From Trichosphaerium sp. ATCC 40318 (Eukaryota; Protista; Tubulinea), in NCBI GenBank assembly GCA_038496445.1, contig JALMLS010000378.1:1-64000 (forward strand): a DNA stretch of 64,000 nt, read 5' to 3'. Below are positions 1 to 13,217 of the stretch, one piece after another. The translations under genes were made by a program, and so were the position numbers. The notes under the pieces were generated by a model. It saw nothing but the letters and a program-made list of their open reading frames with translations, was not told where the DNA came from and searched no databases. Position 1 is the first letter of the stretch. Each line of letters begins with the position of its first letter.

Positions 1-371
1 CACTTGGCGATAGCATTCTCACGTGCCACACGAATACTTTGAAGCGTTCGCCAACAACGTATTTTTCTTACTGCGGCAACCGTACTGTGAAGTCCACTAT
101 GCAAACACACAAGTATTGTCTGTGCCACTTGTAACGCGCCTATCATTGGCCCTTGCGTTGAAGCCTTCAGTACGTCCAACATTTTGGGGTTTTTTTTGTT
201 TTTCAAACTCAAGACATTCCTGTCAACAACCGCTCATTCCGCTTAGACAAGAAATATCACAACAATTGCTTTGTTTGTACGTTTTGCAACAACAGCCTGG
301 CAGGTGGCTCTTACATTGAAAAGAATAATTCGCCATACTGCCGAACATGCCATAGAAGACTGTTTGGCTAA
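1..371 (+). CDS. Paxillin-like LIM-domain protein, 3' end (partial; frameshifted within the first ~105 nt)
   Basis: Spliced over intron 170-246, it reads ..PYCEVHY..IVCATCNAPIIGPCVEAFNKKYHNNCFVCTFCNNSLAGGSYIEKNNSPYCRTCHRRLFG*, i.e. the last two LIM domains with a paxillin-type C-terminus. Confidence 0.85.
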
Positions 372-578
372 ACAACAACCTTGTAATTGTGAAATAAAAT
401 ATTATGTGTGTCCATTTAATCGACCCCCACTGCATACAAACTGAGCTCCACAAAGAAAACAAAAATAGTAAAATGCTGCACAAATGAAGGCAATCCAATT
501 TATGCGAGTTTTGTGTGCTGTACATGAGGTTGTGCATAAAAAGAAAGGGTTTGTTCCAAATATGTGTCATAGCAATTT

Positions 579-2917
579 TTAAGGTACAAAAAAATCTAGT
601 AGCCAAGTTTTAAATCTACCAGGCGCTTCCATGTAAGCGTCCATAACGGCTCTAGCATCAGCCTCCGATGGCATTCTGATAAATGCACGTCCCTGTATTT
701 CAGGGCGATCAGCACGGAGGTCATCGCCAATGAATACCTTGGCGCTCGCAACTGTAGCGTAATCTAAGCATAGGTCAGACTATTTTTGTTCTCAAAAAAC
801 AAAGAAAAGCAATGTGTATCACGAAGAGAGTTAAAGTGTGTCGCACCTCTGATAAGATTGACCACTTCATTGCGATCGCGTGGAGCTGTGAATAGGCATG
901 TAATGCGCAAAACTTCGCTTGGTGGGTTCCTAATACGTGCATAAGTTGGATGAACGCTTCCAGTACAACAACCACAGGGATAGTATTGTTTAGAGTGTAG
1001 GTACACCGAAACAAAAAAAAAAAAAAACCCAAAGTTTCGCACTTTACTACTGGGTCAGTGTTTTCTAGCCACATGCGACCTCCTTTGAAAGGCTTCCCAC
1101 CGAGATTGAACGCCTTTCTGGCATCGTTCCAGGTGTAGAACCACACGAAGAATATCCTAAAAATGAGCAACTTAGTTTTAAACACAACACGGTAGTGTGT
1201 TATCGTACGCTCCACGCCTTGTATCAACTTGTTTAATTTCAGCCACTTCCAGCTTGTGCTCCTTGAAAAATCCGACAATCTCGCCTGTACGTGCTTGGAC
1301 ATTTCGGACCAATAACCTACAAGAGGTGCAATCATTGCGCGGATCAAGCTTTTTCTTGGTGTCACCTTCAGATTCGCCTTTAATAAAAGTGAGACACCAC
1401 AGCAGGTAACAAAATGGCGGCTCTTACTCAATGAAGACTCATCACTTGATTCGTAGTCTTCCATGGTGACATCTTTTCCTGCTTTAGAGGCAGGTGGTGG
1501 TGCTGGGGAACTAGTAGACCAGGTTATTTTCCAAGCAGTCCAATAACTGTGTGTACCTTTGTTTTTGAACCTGTTCTTCAGGTTGTGCCTCCTTTTCACT
1601 TGCAGATCCAGAAAGCGCCGATTCTGAAGAAGAGGACGAAGAAGACGAAGACGAGGACGAATCCGACGAAGATGACGAGGATGAATCTGATGAAGATGAG
1701 CTCTCTTCTACCTCTTGTTTTTTTGGTTGAGGCGCTGCTTGCGTTTTGCGCTTTTTGGCAGGATGTGCATCTTCGTTTGCGACGTCAGGCTCACGGCTTC
1801 TCTTGCTTTTAAAAGGGGTTATCGTGCTTCTTTGACTGTATTGGATCAGTGTAGACATGAGCGTTTTTAATCCTTTAGTTTGCTTTGCTGACAGGTCGTC
1901 CAGCTGTTGTTGTCTCGCAACAAGTGTGTCTGCCATTTCATAAATAGCATTGAGAGAACAGCTGGCTCCAGTTCCGTTAGTCATTGTATCTACTTCTGGT
2001 ATCCGGGCTACGCGTTGCGGTTGAGGTAAATCTCGGTGTTGTGTGTCACGCTTTTGCTTAGCCTACAGATTAGGTGGGTATACGGCTGTGTGGCAACGGT
2101 TGCTTTCGCATAAAAATTTGTAAAGTAGCAGTGCGTTCGTTGTATCGTACCTTTTTAGCCTTTTTTTCTGCCTTTTCGGCTTTCTTGGCCGCTTTGGCTG
2201 CCTTCTTTTCTGCCTTAGCTGCCTTTTTATCTACTTTTTGAGGCTTTTTCTTTTGTGGCAGGAGATGGGATGGCACTGGCTTTGGTGGCGCCGGTTCCTC
2301 TTTTTTTGGTTCGGATTCAGTAGCAAACCACCTGATTTTTTGTTGCATCATTGTGCCTAATTAATTTGTAAGGTCGAATAAGCGCCAGGTCACCAACGAT
2401 TGTTATGGCAGATGAATCAAAAAAAAAAAAACAAAAAAGGGTACCTGGTTTTGGTCGCGCCCACGTAACCTTGGAGTCCTCAGGCCAATTGCTAGCAACA
2501 TGTCAGCTATTTTTTTAGCGAATATAGGACAGTTAAATTAATCAAAATTTCCTATTTTCCGTTTTTAAAAAACGTACGCGTTCAAACCTTCATTAGCTGC
2601 CTCGTGCGTACGGAAAACAATAAATGCTGAACTAGTTAACGTTAGTTACTCAAAAATTTTGACAATATTACAAGCGTACAGTGTATTGTTCACCCTGTTT
2701 GATTTAAGTGTTACTTTTAGTATTGGCAATCCACGCAGATATCGGTCCTTGTAGGCATTAATATAAGCACTTGCTAACGCAAAAACGAGGCAGTATGCAA
2801 TACCTTTATGCTACGCTCTGTAAGATTGGCATTTGCCTGTGAGAATTTTACGAAAATCTCTTTGTTTGGCGCTTGAACTGGTGCTTCACTCTCTGAAGAG
2901 CTGCTGGAGTCGCTCAT
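579..2917 (-). CDS. Multi-RRM RNA-binding protein with Lys/Ala- and Ser-rich low-complexity linkers (nucleolin-like composition)
   Basis: Spliced N-terminal RRM (EIFVK..SAFIVFRTHEAANEG..VTWARP), then KKAAKA repeats and poly-Ser, then C-terminal RRMs (IFFVWFYTWNDARKAF; GRAFIRMPSEADARAV). Confidence 0.65.
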
Positions 2918-3029
2918 GGTTGTTGGCACAGTACTGTGACGTTTAGTTAGGCGTGGTTCACAAAAAACGAGAAACTAAACCACTTGACTTTTTTTACCCG
3001 TTTTTACAACCAATTTGTGGCAAACAGTC

Positions 3030-6000
3030 ATGAGCAACAATAAGAATGCTCCTCCAACCGCAGAGCAGGAGAAAAAGCTCCTTGAAGAAGCGAAGGACGT
3101 TGTTCAGACACAGTCCTTTCAGATGAAGCGAGCTTTGGTACATACTCTAATTTCGTGCTTAAAAATATTACATACGTTTTGGTGTGTGTAAAGTAAAATT
3201 TTTGCGTGCTTTTGGGCTGATCCCAGGTGTCACTTCCCTTTTGGATCTAACACTCGAAAGGACAACAACAAACTAATGGACGCGCTCAGTCACGCTTCGA
3301 ACATGATTGGCGAACTGCATACCAGCCTATTGTCTCCAAAATGTTATTATGCCCTCTGTATCCTTATTTTTGTTGATAAAAACCACGTAGAACCATAGTC
3401 CTTGACAAATTATAAAGATATAGAAGCGATGGATCATCTACGCTACTTGGAGATGTATCTTGGCGAAGAGAAACATGGCAAGAGCATCAGCAAGCTTTAT
3501 GAATTGGTATGTGCGCATGGAGAACAGTAACGTTTATTTACTCGTTTAGGTGCAATACTCTGGCAGTATCATTCCTCGTCTGTACTTGCTAGTGACAGTG
3601 GGATCAGTTTACATTAAAAGTAAAAAAGTTCCAGCGAAGGTTCGACAAGCTCTAGAAAAAAAGCGGCTAAAAAGCACGTATCAACACTAAATCGCGTAGG
3701 ATGTATTGCACGATCTAGTAGAAATGTGTAGAGGTGTACAACACCCAACACGTGGTTTGTTTTTGAGAAATTACTTGAGCGAAATGACAAAGGATAAGAT
3801 GCCAGACACAGGCTCAGAATATGAAGGGTACAACAAACTAAATAGAGAAATTTGATTTTTTGAATGATAATTTTAATTTTATTTCTAATGACGCGTCTGT
3901 CGCTTACACAAATTTTAGAGCTGGTGGATCCACCAAAGATGCCATAAATTTCATTGTCGTCAATTTTATCGAGATGAATAAATTGTGGGTCAGAATGCAG
4001 CATCAGGTACCCCCTCCTTCACTCACCAGTTTTTACCGAATATTTTGTGTAATCCATTTGTACAGGGTCCAGCACGTGATCAAGGAAGACGCGAGCGCGA
4101 GCGTCAAGAATTAAAGATCCTTATCGGCAAAAATTTAGCACGTTTGTCACAACTTGAAGGCGTTGATGCCAGACAGTACAAGAGAGAGGTAAGTTATAAA
4201 TTTTTTTGCCAAACAGAAATAAATTCGCTATACCGTTGGTGTTAATGTCTTGTTCTTCTTCTTAGGTTTTACCAAAAATCTTGAACCAAATTGTGCAATG
4301 CAAGGATGTCATTGCTCAAGAGTACCTCATGGAAATTATTATACAAGTACGACGCGTTTTTAGTCGGTTAAATTTGTAACATTTTTGTCTTAGATCTTTT
4401 CTGATGAATTCCATCTTGCAACCCTCCCCCTCTTCCTCAAAACGTGTGGAAATGTAGACAGCAAAGTAGATATTAAGAAGATTATTGTGTCACTTATCGA
4501 CAGACTGGCCAAGTTTGCCAGCCGATCACCTCACGCCATCCCAACCTCCATCAAAATATTTGACATTTTCTACCAACAATTAGAAGCCATCATTTTGGTA
4601 CGTACAAAACCGCGAATCAACAACTTGAATTGTCTAAGTAACCATTTAAAATAGGAGAGGGAATCAATGAGCGATCAAGATAAATTGGCCATGCTCGTCT
4701 CTCTACAGAACTTGTCGCTTCACTGTTATCCTACTGAACTTGGTTATGTCGACACAGTATTGGCTCTGGCTACAAAGGTTGTAACCGCAGACAAAGGCGC
4801 AAAGGGGTACGTTCTGCGACATAGGGGTTTTGTTTTTGTTGTTGTTTGTTGTTACGTGTAAACCTTGTACTAACCTGTCGCCGCTACAGTGTTATCACTG
4901 AAAGAGCAGTATCTCTTGAAGTACAAAAATTGTTAAAAACCCCAATGAACACCTACAACAACGTATTGCAGCTCATCAAGCTCGAAAAATACACTGCCTT
5001 GTTGCAGACTTTAAAATACGCGGATAGAAAACGTACAGCCGCAGAGATTGGACAGAACGCCATAGACAACGCCACCAAAATCCCTAACGCGGATTCTGCT
5101 GTCAAGTTATTGGCCATTCTCAAACCTCTTGTGCAGGACGAAGACGATCAACCTGATGAAGAGATTGACCCAGTACGCCGTTGATTCTTAGCCACGCAAG
5201 CCTAAACAATAGCATTTGCTTTTTTTTTTATTGTCAAGTTGGGTAGCGCTCTCAATACATTTTTAACACACGCAATTGTAGGAAATGTTCCAAGATGAAC
5301 AAGCGCTCATCGCTAGATTGATCCATAGGTTTGACTCTGACACTATTGAGAGCCTCTTTGCAACGTACATTGAAGCAAAGAAGATTTTCGATTTGGGTGG
5401 TAAGTACCCTGCTTTGTTAGCCACAGTGCACCCCTTGAATACCTCAACAAATTTTTTACTTTGCCTACAGGAAACAGAAAACGATACACTTTCCTACCTT
5501 TGGCATTTGGTGTACTACGCCTAGCAACCAAGATCCAGACGAACCGCGAATCCGATGAAAACTGGGAACGCAAAGCCAAGAAAGTCTGTAAATTTGCAAT
5601 GGAGCTCGTCGGTAGCCTGCGCGAAGGTGATATACCTGTACGTACTTTTACAGTCGGAAAGGTCTTGGCCCCTCTGACACTACGCTACGCACAGTTTCTA
5701 AGGTTTTTTTTCAAGGTCATTACACTTCGTTTGTACTTGCAATGCGCATTGACAGCGAGCCAGTGCGGCTTTGAAGATTTCGCATACAACTTTGTAGCCC
5801 AAGCATTCGAAATCTACGAGGAGGAGATTGCTGATTCAAAATTGAAGTACGAGTGCATCGGCAGTATCGTCTCGGTTTTGAACCACGTCACTACCTTCGA
5901 TGATGACAACTACGACACGTTGGTGACACAGGCGACACAACACTCGTCCAGACTCCTCAAAAAGGTGGATCAGGTGCGCATCCCAACACATACCAACGCA

Positions 6001-6556
6001 CTCCTTCAATGACTACCTTGTTGCTAATGAACACTAGTCCCGAGCTGTTTGTAGATGTACACACTTGTTTTGGAACAAGAAGATCAAGGTTGGCGGAAGA
6101 GTCATGAAATGTTTACAGCGCTCACTCAAGATTGCAAACCAAACCAAGGCTGTAAGTATTTCCACTCTGCTTTTACTATTGCAACACATTTCTTTGGGTT
6201 GACAACGACAGCGCTAACCAGGAGTTATAGGTCGATACAGCGCACTTGTCGTTATACATTGAGATTTTGAATCATTGCTTGTATTACTTCCACGACCACG
6301 GCGCTGGGGAAGAAGCTGTACGACTCATTTTTTATTTTTAATACTATGTCTTAAATTTATGGGTGTGTAATAGATCGAACCGACATTCATAAACAATTTG
6401 ATCAATCACATCCAACAAACCTTTGATGACATGGGTCCAGAACTCAGCAAGAACTCAATCGCTTACACGCACTATGGAAGCACGTTAACTTTCATCAAGT
6501 TAAAGCAAGTCGACGTAGAGTCCTGGCAAGCAATCAAGCTTCCGGCCTCATCCTAA
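3030..6556 (+). CDS. VPS35: Retromer cargo-recognition subunit VPS35
   Basis: Exons give [31 protein letters not shown] (retromer motif), [33 protein letters not shown] and [14 protein letters not shown]; about 15 introns. Confidence 0.97.
3358..3417 (+). other. U12-type (minor spliceosome) GT-AG intron in VPS35
   Basis: Donor GTATCCTT and branch site TCCTTGAC about 10 nt upstream of the AG. Removing it restores YYAL|YIEAMDHL. Confidence 0.9.
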
Positions 6557-6736
6557 ATCCCCAATCACGTAAATAGCAAACAATTATAATACGAACACCT
6601 TTTTTTTCTCTTGTCTTAGCACTCCACGGTATTTTTTGAGTTCGAAGACTACGGTTTAGGTTTTGGTCACTTTTTTTTTTCAGTCCCGCAGAATCTGCCT
6701 GACTCGTTCGCTCGACATTATCCACACGCTAATAAC

Positions 6737-7068
6737 ATGAGCAGCACACCAATCGACTGGGCAAACTACAAGCCGGTGCTCAACAGAGAGTTTCCTAGAG
6801 TTAAGCGCGTTGCTTTGGCCGCTCGTCGCCTGAACTGGGCTGCATTCCCTGCAGTGTACCGTACACCTTTGTTGTGGCCTATTGCATTCGCTATTACCTT
6901 CACACACGTAACAAACTTCCCTAAGTACGGATCTGCGCGCATAAGGCTAAATACCGCTGCAATAAATCGTATTATAGCCTCTAATGTCGTTATAGGGCTT
7001 TTGCACAATACTTCCCATCCTCGAGGTACTTTGGCAACAAGTTTGCTCCATACTGGAACGAATATTAA
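6737..7068 (+). CDS. Small single-TM protein resembling cytochrome bc1 subunit 10 (QCR10/UQCR11)
   Basis: Two exons (intron ~6925-6995) give ~86 aa ending LLWPIAFAITFTHVTNFPKAFAQYFPSSRYFGNKFAPYWNEY*, a pattern similar to the UQCR11 TM and tail. Confidence 0.5.
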
Positions 7069-7331
7069 AGAGGAACAACGGGCATTACTCCCAAACACGC
7101 TATGTATTTACTGCGCTTGTATTTTTTTCTCGCCTCGTAATAAACACAACGATGCTTTAATACACAACGCGTACGAGTTAATATGAAAACTGATCCCTGT
7201 GAATGAAGTCACAGTGTAAAAAAAAAAAGTTATAGAGCAGGCAGTGGCTACAGTAGAGTACAATCTTTATTGAAAAAGACACCAAACAGACGCATACCAG
7301 CTAGCTACAAACAGTGGCTCCCTTGTGTAGG

Positions 7332-8934
7332 TCAAGAATGATTTTTATCATGATGAGATGATTTACGTTCAGAAACGGGATACGGGTGGTGTCGTTGTAC
7401 GCTCCTTTCGCGACTGGGCGGTGCTTTGCCGCTTGGCGCTGATGACGCTTTTTCCGTCGTCTCAGCCTTCTTCTCCACTTTCTCAGTGGGTGGTGGCGGC
7501 GGTTGACTTGGTTGTGGAGGCTTTGGCGGCTGTGGCTGGCTAGGTTGTGGTGGTCGGGGTGGCGGTGGTGGTCCTGAGGATCCAGGTGTTATGCTAGAAG
7601 GATCTAGCTTCTTGCCTTTATCTTGTACAGTCTGGTACAAATCCAATATCTTGTCGGATATTACTTTTAAATCTTCGATTTTTGCGTCAAATACCTCCCA
7701 CCAATCCTACACAAACAAATTCAGCAACGCAAAAAACGAAGGTGCAATGGATGACGTACGCCTCTCAGCTTCTTCTTCAAGAACTTGGAAGCCAAGAAAA
7801 TGGCGGCAGACGCCACAATGTGTGGCTTGAACTGTAGGCAAAGGGTCGTGCGCAGACTATGTGATGAATCAGTGTAAGGTCTTTTTGTCAAATTGGATTT
7901 TATGTGGTTTTTTTATTGTCGGTGCTTGAAAGGAAGAACCGGTTGAATAAACTGTGTCACGTGCGTACCTATCGTTTACGAAGTTCCAAGCGACTTGTGC
8001 CAAGTCTTTGTTTCCTATTGCGCATAAGGAGGCGAGGTAATAACGGCGTGTAGGCGGGGCGAACCATTAATCTTTTTACAATACGCCAACACAAACTTGT
8101 AAGGGTGCTCGATAGTGAGATCGAAGTACATGGTTTGCATCACAATGCGCTCATACACCAACATTCTATCGCGCAGATTTTTAAACTCCTAAACGGGACA
8201 CGGAGGATTTAGTACAAGGAACTCAAAAATAGCGTGGCAAAGTAATGTGATTGTGTTGGGCAAAACTCCAAAATCAGACGGAAAATTTGTGAAAAAAAAA
8301 AAAACCCAAACATTTTTCCCGCATTCGTACTTCACTCTCTACGTGCAGTGGCGCTTGTGTCTTATCACGCGAGTGGTGGCTGGCTACGAGCACATCTCGT
8401 AATTTCTTTGGCGTCTCTTCAACCTTGCCGGCAAGGAACAGACATGCCGTCGCAACAACCTATTGGTCACAAACTTTAGGGTACGATGATAAAATGATTT
8501 TGGTGCTTAAATGAATTCTCGAGTCTCCGAAAAAATTTGGTCAAATGGTGAGGGAGAGAAAAGGCAAAGCAGCAACTTAGCGCAGGTACTAACGTAGCGG
8601 TCGTAGGCCTCGAAGTCCTTGTAGACATAGAATCGGTGGAAATAAACGATGCCAGTCCCTATGGTTAACTGGGGCCTTTGGGAGCAAGAATTATTACAAT
8701 AACTAAAATTGAGCAACCGCAAGAGCGTACAATCGTAATTCTATGCCCAATTGTTGCATATAATCAATCGTGGGTCTGCGCCATTTTTCAAACCCCTTTG
8801 TAGCCTTGGGCGATCACGGTTACAGTTTATAACTTAAATATAGTCGCGGTAGTTGAATATTTATGTTTTTAACAATGTCTAACCTGTTGCGCGTTTATTT
8901 CCTCTGTGGTGAAATACCAGTTGTTAGTCTTCAT
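7332..8934 (-). CDS. Cyclin K/T family transcription cyclin with Pro-rich tail
   Basis: [65 protein letters not shown] and a poly-Pro C-terminus. Confidence 0.93.
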
Positions 8935-9091
8935 TTTTGGCGTGGTACAATCAATAAATAACAGTAACAAACAGAATTAGGAGCCAAATAGTGGCTTGCG
9001 GTCAAGAAGCATTCAACGCACCATTTTTTTTGTAGCTTTGTTAGACAGTTTTTTTACTACAAACCGATAGCGTAAACAGACTCTCGCAAAT

Positions 9092-10902
9092 ATGAGCACT
9101 ACAGCGACAAGTACAGTGTGTTTTCTTTTTCGTGTTTTTCACAATCCCTAGTTTATCAGTCTACGTCTACAGCACGCATAAATATGGCCGTTGTCAAGTA
9201 TTGGGGGAAGCGAAACGTAGAATTTAACCTACCCACAAACAGCTCCATTAGCGCAACTCTACAAGATCTAGTGACTGTTACAACCACAATGGCGAGCGAG
9301 AAGTTCACCAGTGACAAGTTCTGGCTGAACGGCGAGTGCGTGTCTTGCATTACCGCTCAGACGCGTTGAGAGTTAAAAATTTTGCGTAGGGAGCAGGATA
9401 TTGCATCTAACAAGCGCTACCAAAAATGTTTGCGAGAGATCCGAAAGCGTGTCGATCCACAGAAAGCCAAGCTACACATCCACACCGCTTCCAAGAACGG
9501 CTTCCCAACAGCCGCAGGACTAGCTTCGTCAGCGTCAGGATACGCAGCATTAGGTAGGTGCCTACAATGACTCACAAATATACCAATCACGCCATAGCGC
9601 TTGGTGTGTCGATCGTTAATATTTGCTAACGACCTATTGTAAGCGTACACCCTATGGACCATGTTTGAGCTTCCACAAGATCCGAAGTCACTAGCTGAGT
9701 TGACAACAATAGCCAGGTAGCTCCCTATATTGTTTAAAAAAACCAAAAACTGTTGAAAAATATTTTTTTAGTTTTTTCCATGGCGTGTGGCGTTGAACTC
9801 AAATCGAATAGGATGGGTTCAGGCAGTGCTTGTAGGAGCTTGTATGGAGGATTTGTAGAATGGCAGATGGGAACACGTGAAGACGGTACAGATTCCGTGG
9901 CCATTCAAGTACGTCCAACAATAAAACCAGTTGGTTTCAGCTTGGTTTGTTTATTCATTCGTCCACTCAATTACAACAAAAAGAATTTAAGCCAATTAAC
10001 TGTGCGGTAATAGGTTGCGAAAGAGGACCACTGGCCAGAGCTTCGCGTCATTGTTTGCGTTGTAAGTGATGAAAAGAAGGAGACAAGCAGCACTCAAGGC
10101 ATGCAGAGTACTGTCAAAACAAGCGAGTTGGCCACTGTACGTTACAAATCCCTATACAGGTGAGACTACTAGCAACACTTGACTCATTCGATATGCAGCA
10201 CCGCTATGCAAATATAGTACCTGAGCGCATGAAGCAGATGAGGAGTGCCATCCTCGAAAAGGACTTTGCCTCTTTTGGAAAGTTGATGATAAAGGACTCC
10301 AACCAGTTCCACGCTGTCTGTATGGACACCTACCCTCCTATTTTCTACATGAACGATACTTCAAAACTTATTATAAAGCTTATTACCGAATACAACAAGC
10401 GTGAGGGCGATGTAAAGGTGCGAGTCCATCATCATCATCATAAACTTGAAGAAAAAAAAAAGTCGACCTTGTTTTTTAACAACTTCTCACATTTGCCTGT
10501 CCAGGTTGCGTACACTTGCGATGCTGGTCCAAATGTGACAATATTCACACTAGATGACCAAGTAGATAAGCTATTATCAGCACTGCATCACCACTTGCCA
10601 CCATCTGACGTGAGCAAGTATGGCGGGTGCGTACTGCCAAACGGTGGATTGGGTAATAATTGTATTTGTTATTAACCCCTTTTGTCACCATAGACTCGAG
10701 AACCCAGTTGATGTTCAACCTTTGTTGTCGCACGTGCACAAGAACAAGGTCAAAGGTTACATACGAACAACCGTTGGGCAAGGACCTGCACAACAAGAGT
10801 CAGGTGCTCTCCTCAATCAACAAGGTACGAAAACCTCTTTTTTATACACTTTTTGTGTTATGTGGCTCATCTTCATTGTTAGGGTTGCCTGTAACATGTT
10901 GA
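9092..10902 (+). CDS. MVD: Diphosphomevalonate decarboxylase
   Basis: [71 protein letters not shown] and AYTCDAGPN. Confidence 0.97.
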
Positions 10903-11167
10903 AGAAACATTACACCAATGCTGCTTTTGGCAACATTGTTTTTTCATTTTTTCCGACAATATCTAGTACAATCAGGCTTATGCTTTCAAGTTTGTGCTAT
11001 TAATAAAGGCAACACTACTTTTCTTTTCTTGAGTTTATTGTTTTACTGGTACACGGGTTGTTAGAGATACACGCTTATATTATCATTATTATGGTACACT
11101 GGCGAGGCCATTTTCGGAGAGTGTTCTGAACTCGAAACACTTTTATTTTTAGGGCTTTACGCGAAAG

Positions 11168-11617
11168 TTATCTGAGGCGAAGTACGAGGTGGAGAGTTGC
11201 CTGTGTTTTCACACCGTATTCCTCCAAAGTGCGATCATCCTCAAGTTGTCTGCCCGCGAAGATAAGGCGTTGTTCATCAGGGGTAATGCCTATCACGTAT
11301 TAGCGCCCAAGTCCGCTTCGATTATCCGATAAAGTAGAAAATGGCGTTGGTGTTCCCGCCATAAGGATTTTAGAGACAGAATTGCCTCAAAAGGAGTTCG
11401 TAACACCAACCAGTTAGAATTGTGGTTGTCATTAAAGTCGTTCAACAAATACAGACATATTCTGTAAACCATTGCCAAGGTAGAGTTGTTTCATACTCCG
11501 AAAGGGGAGCGTACCTTCTTTGCTATGAATTTTTTGTTTTACAACTTCTACAGTGTGAGAAGGCGACACTTCAAGAGTAATTGTTCTACCGGTGAGTGTT
11601 TGTACAAAAATATGCAT
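11168..11617 (-). CDS. Divergent ubiquitin paralog, 74 aa, lacking the C-terminal Gly-Gly
   Basis: Two exons (intron 11290-11514): [74 protein letters not shown]. Confidence 0.9.
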
Positions 11618-11944
11618 TGTTGTATAGTAGTTGTTGCGTAAGTCGTCCGGATTGAGGATATTTGACTGACAACGACCCACTTGGCGATAATTCACTTCAA
11701 AAAAAAACACAAAATTTGGATTGTCATTATTTCACTTTGGTGAATGACGCACATCCTTTCTACACGAATTCTCACAGGTCGTCAAAGCGTACTGCAAATT
11801 GTGTTTGTACAAACAGAAGAGGCAAGGTTGTATAGAATGTAAAGTAGCAGTACAATAAAACTGTTGGCAACGCTTCAGCAAAATCTCAAGGTGCTGTTTA
11901 GATTTACAACAATTTTATTCCCTCTCTGGGCAGGTCTGCGTTAA

Positions 11945-13112
11945 TCAGTACCTGAGAAAGTAATTGGTTTGTAGATTGGCCTTGAGCATGTAGCCTACAA
12001 AGGTGACCAAGGACACCAACACAAACAAACCGGCCTGTGAATCGTGAATGTGTTCTGGCGGTTGCTTTTCGGCCAGTTTTGCGAGTTGGATCTTGAGAGG
12101 CGCTAAATTAATATCTGTCATTGGCGTGTCAAAGTGGGTCTTCATAATGTTGTTGCAGTAAGAAACGAGATTGTCGTGTGCGCTAATCAACAACTTCAAA
12201 GTATTCTTTGGTACAGGCGCGGAGAATGCTATCGCCAAGTATCCAAACGCCAATGCATCAAGTGAGGTTGGTCTAGTGATAAGAGTGTCACAATATAACC
12301 TACAGCAGTATACAGGAAAAAAAAAAAACTTACGTGTCACCAAAGAAGTATTTTTTAGAGCCTAACCGCTTTGACAGCGCCTTCAACGTTGCTTCGGCCA
12401 TTGTGTGAGCTTGCTCTGGTGTCTATGAATGGCATGAGTAACGTGTCATTTTTATAGTTATTTTGGCCTTGCTTGTTGTCAAAACAGGCAACTGGTTTAC
12501 AATTTGACACTTCGTGATGGTGTATGTACCTTAATGCCAGCCAGGTCTACCAGTTTTGCGTAAGTCCATCGTCTCCACCTGGGTTGAATCCAATTGAGTG
12601 GAAAGGGAATTGCTCTAGCGTATGCGAGGCCTATTGTAGAGGTGTAGTTTCGTTCTTCACAATACCAATTTTGTAGAAGACACAACCGAAGTTGCCAACC
12701 GATCAACGCTTTTATACTCGTCATATCTGCTCGTTGCGCGTCGTTGAGGTGCTTGTCAATGTCATAACCCTTTAATGTAATTGCATCAGCGTACAAATCG
12801 CTTACCCAACGTTTTTGTGCTACGTACAATGCCCTGGAGGTATGTAATAATATCTGAGTAACCACTACGTATTTCTTCAGCGCCAACGACTGACATTGGT
12901 AACGTCCCTTTGACAGATGTAAGTTGCCATAACCAGAGCTGAATTTATTTGCCTGATGGTGATTTACGCGTGTCATTACAGTTTATGAACTTAGCTGGTA
13001 CTTTTGCAAAGCGGGAGTACGCTCTAACGACCAGCGACTCGGGATGGAAAGTGGGTAAACCACACCAGCCTTTTGGTGCTGGTCCGTATCCATATACATG
13101 TACGGTATGCAT
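11945..13112 (-). CDS. Metaxin-1/Sam37-like GST-fold mitochondrial outer-membrane protein
   Basis: WCGLPTFHPESL, RKSPSG.LP, AIPFPLNW, ALSKRLGSKKYFFGDTPTSLDALAFGYL and a C-terminal TM helix. Confidence 0.88.
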
Positions 13113-13217
13113 GGCGTGGATACCACTCTGTTTGGTTGGCGTTGAAGCGTGCTAAAAACAAGGCGTTAAGTTAACCTTAAAAAACCTTTCCTTTGTACAT
13201 TTACCAGTTCAACTACT

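Noticed and set aside
2340-2502. Mitochondrial-presequence start (MLLAIGLRTPR) for the RRM gene
   Set aside because: That ATG lies in an intron end. A better spliced frame extends to the ATG at 2917 and encodes an RRM.
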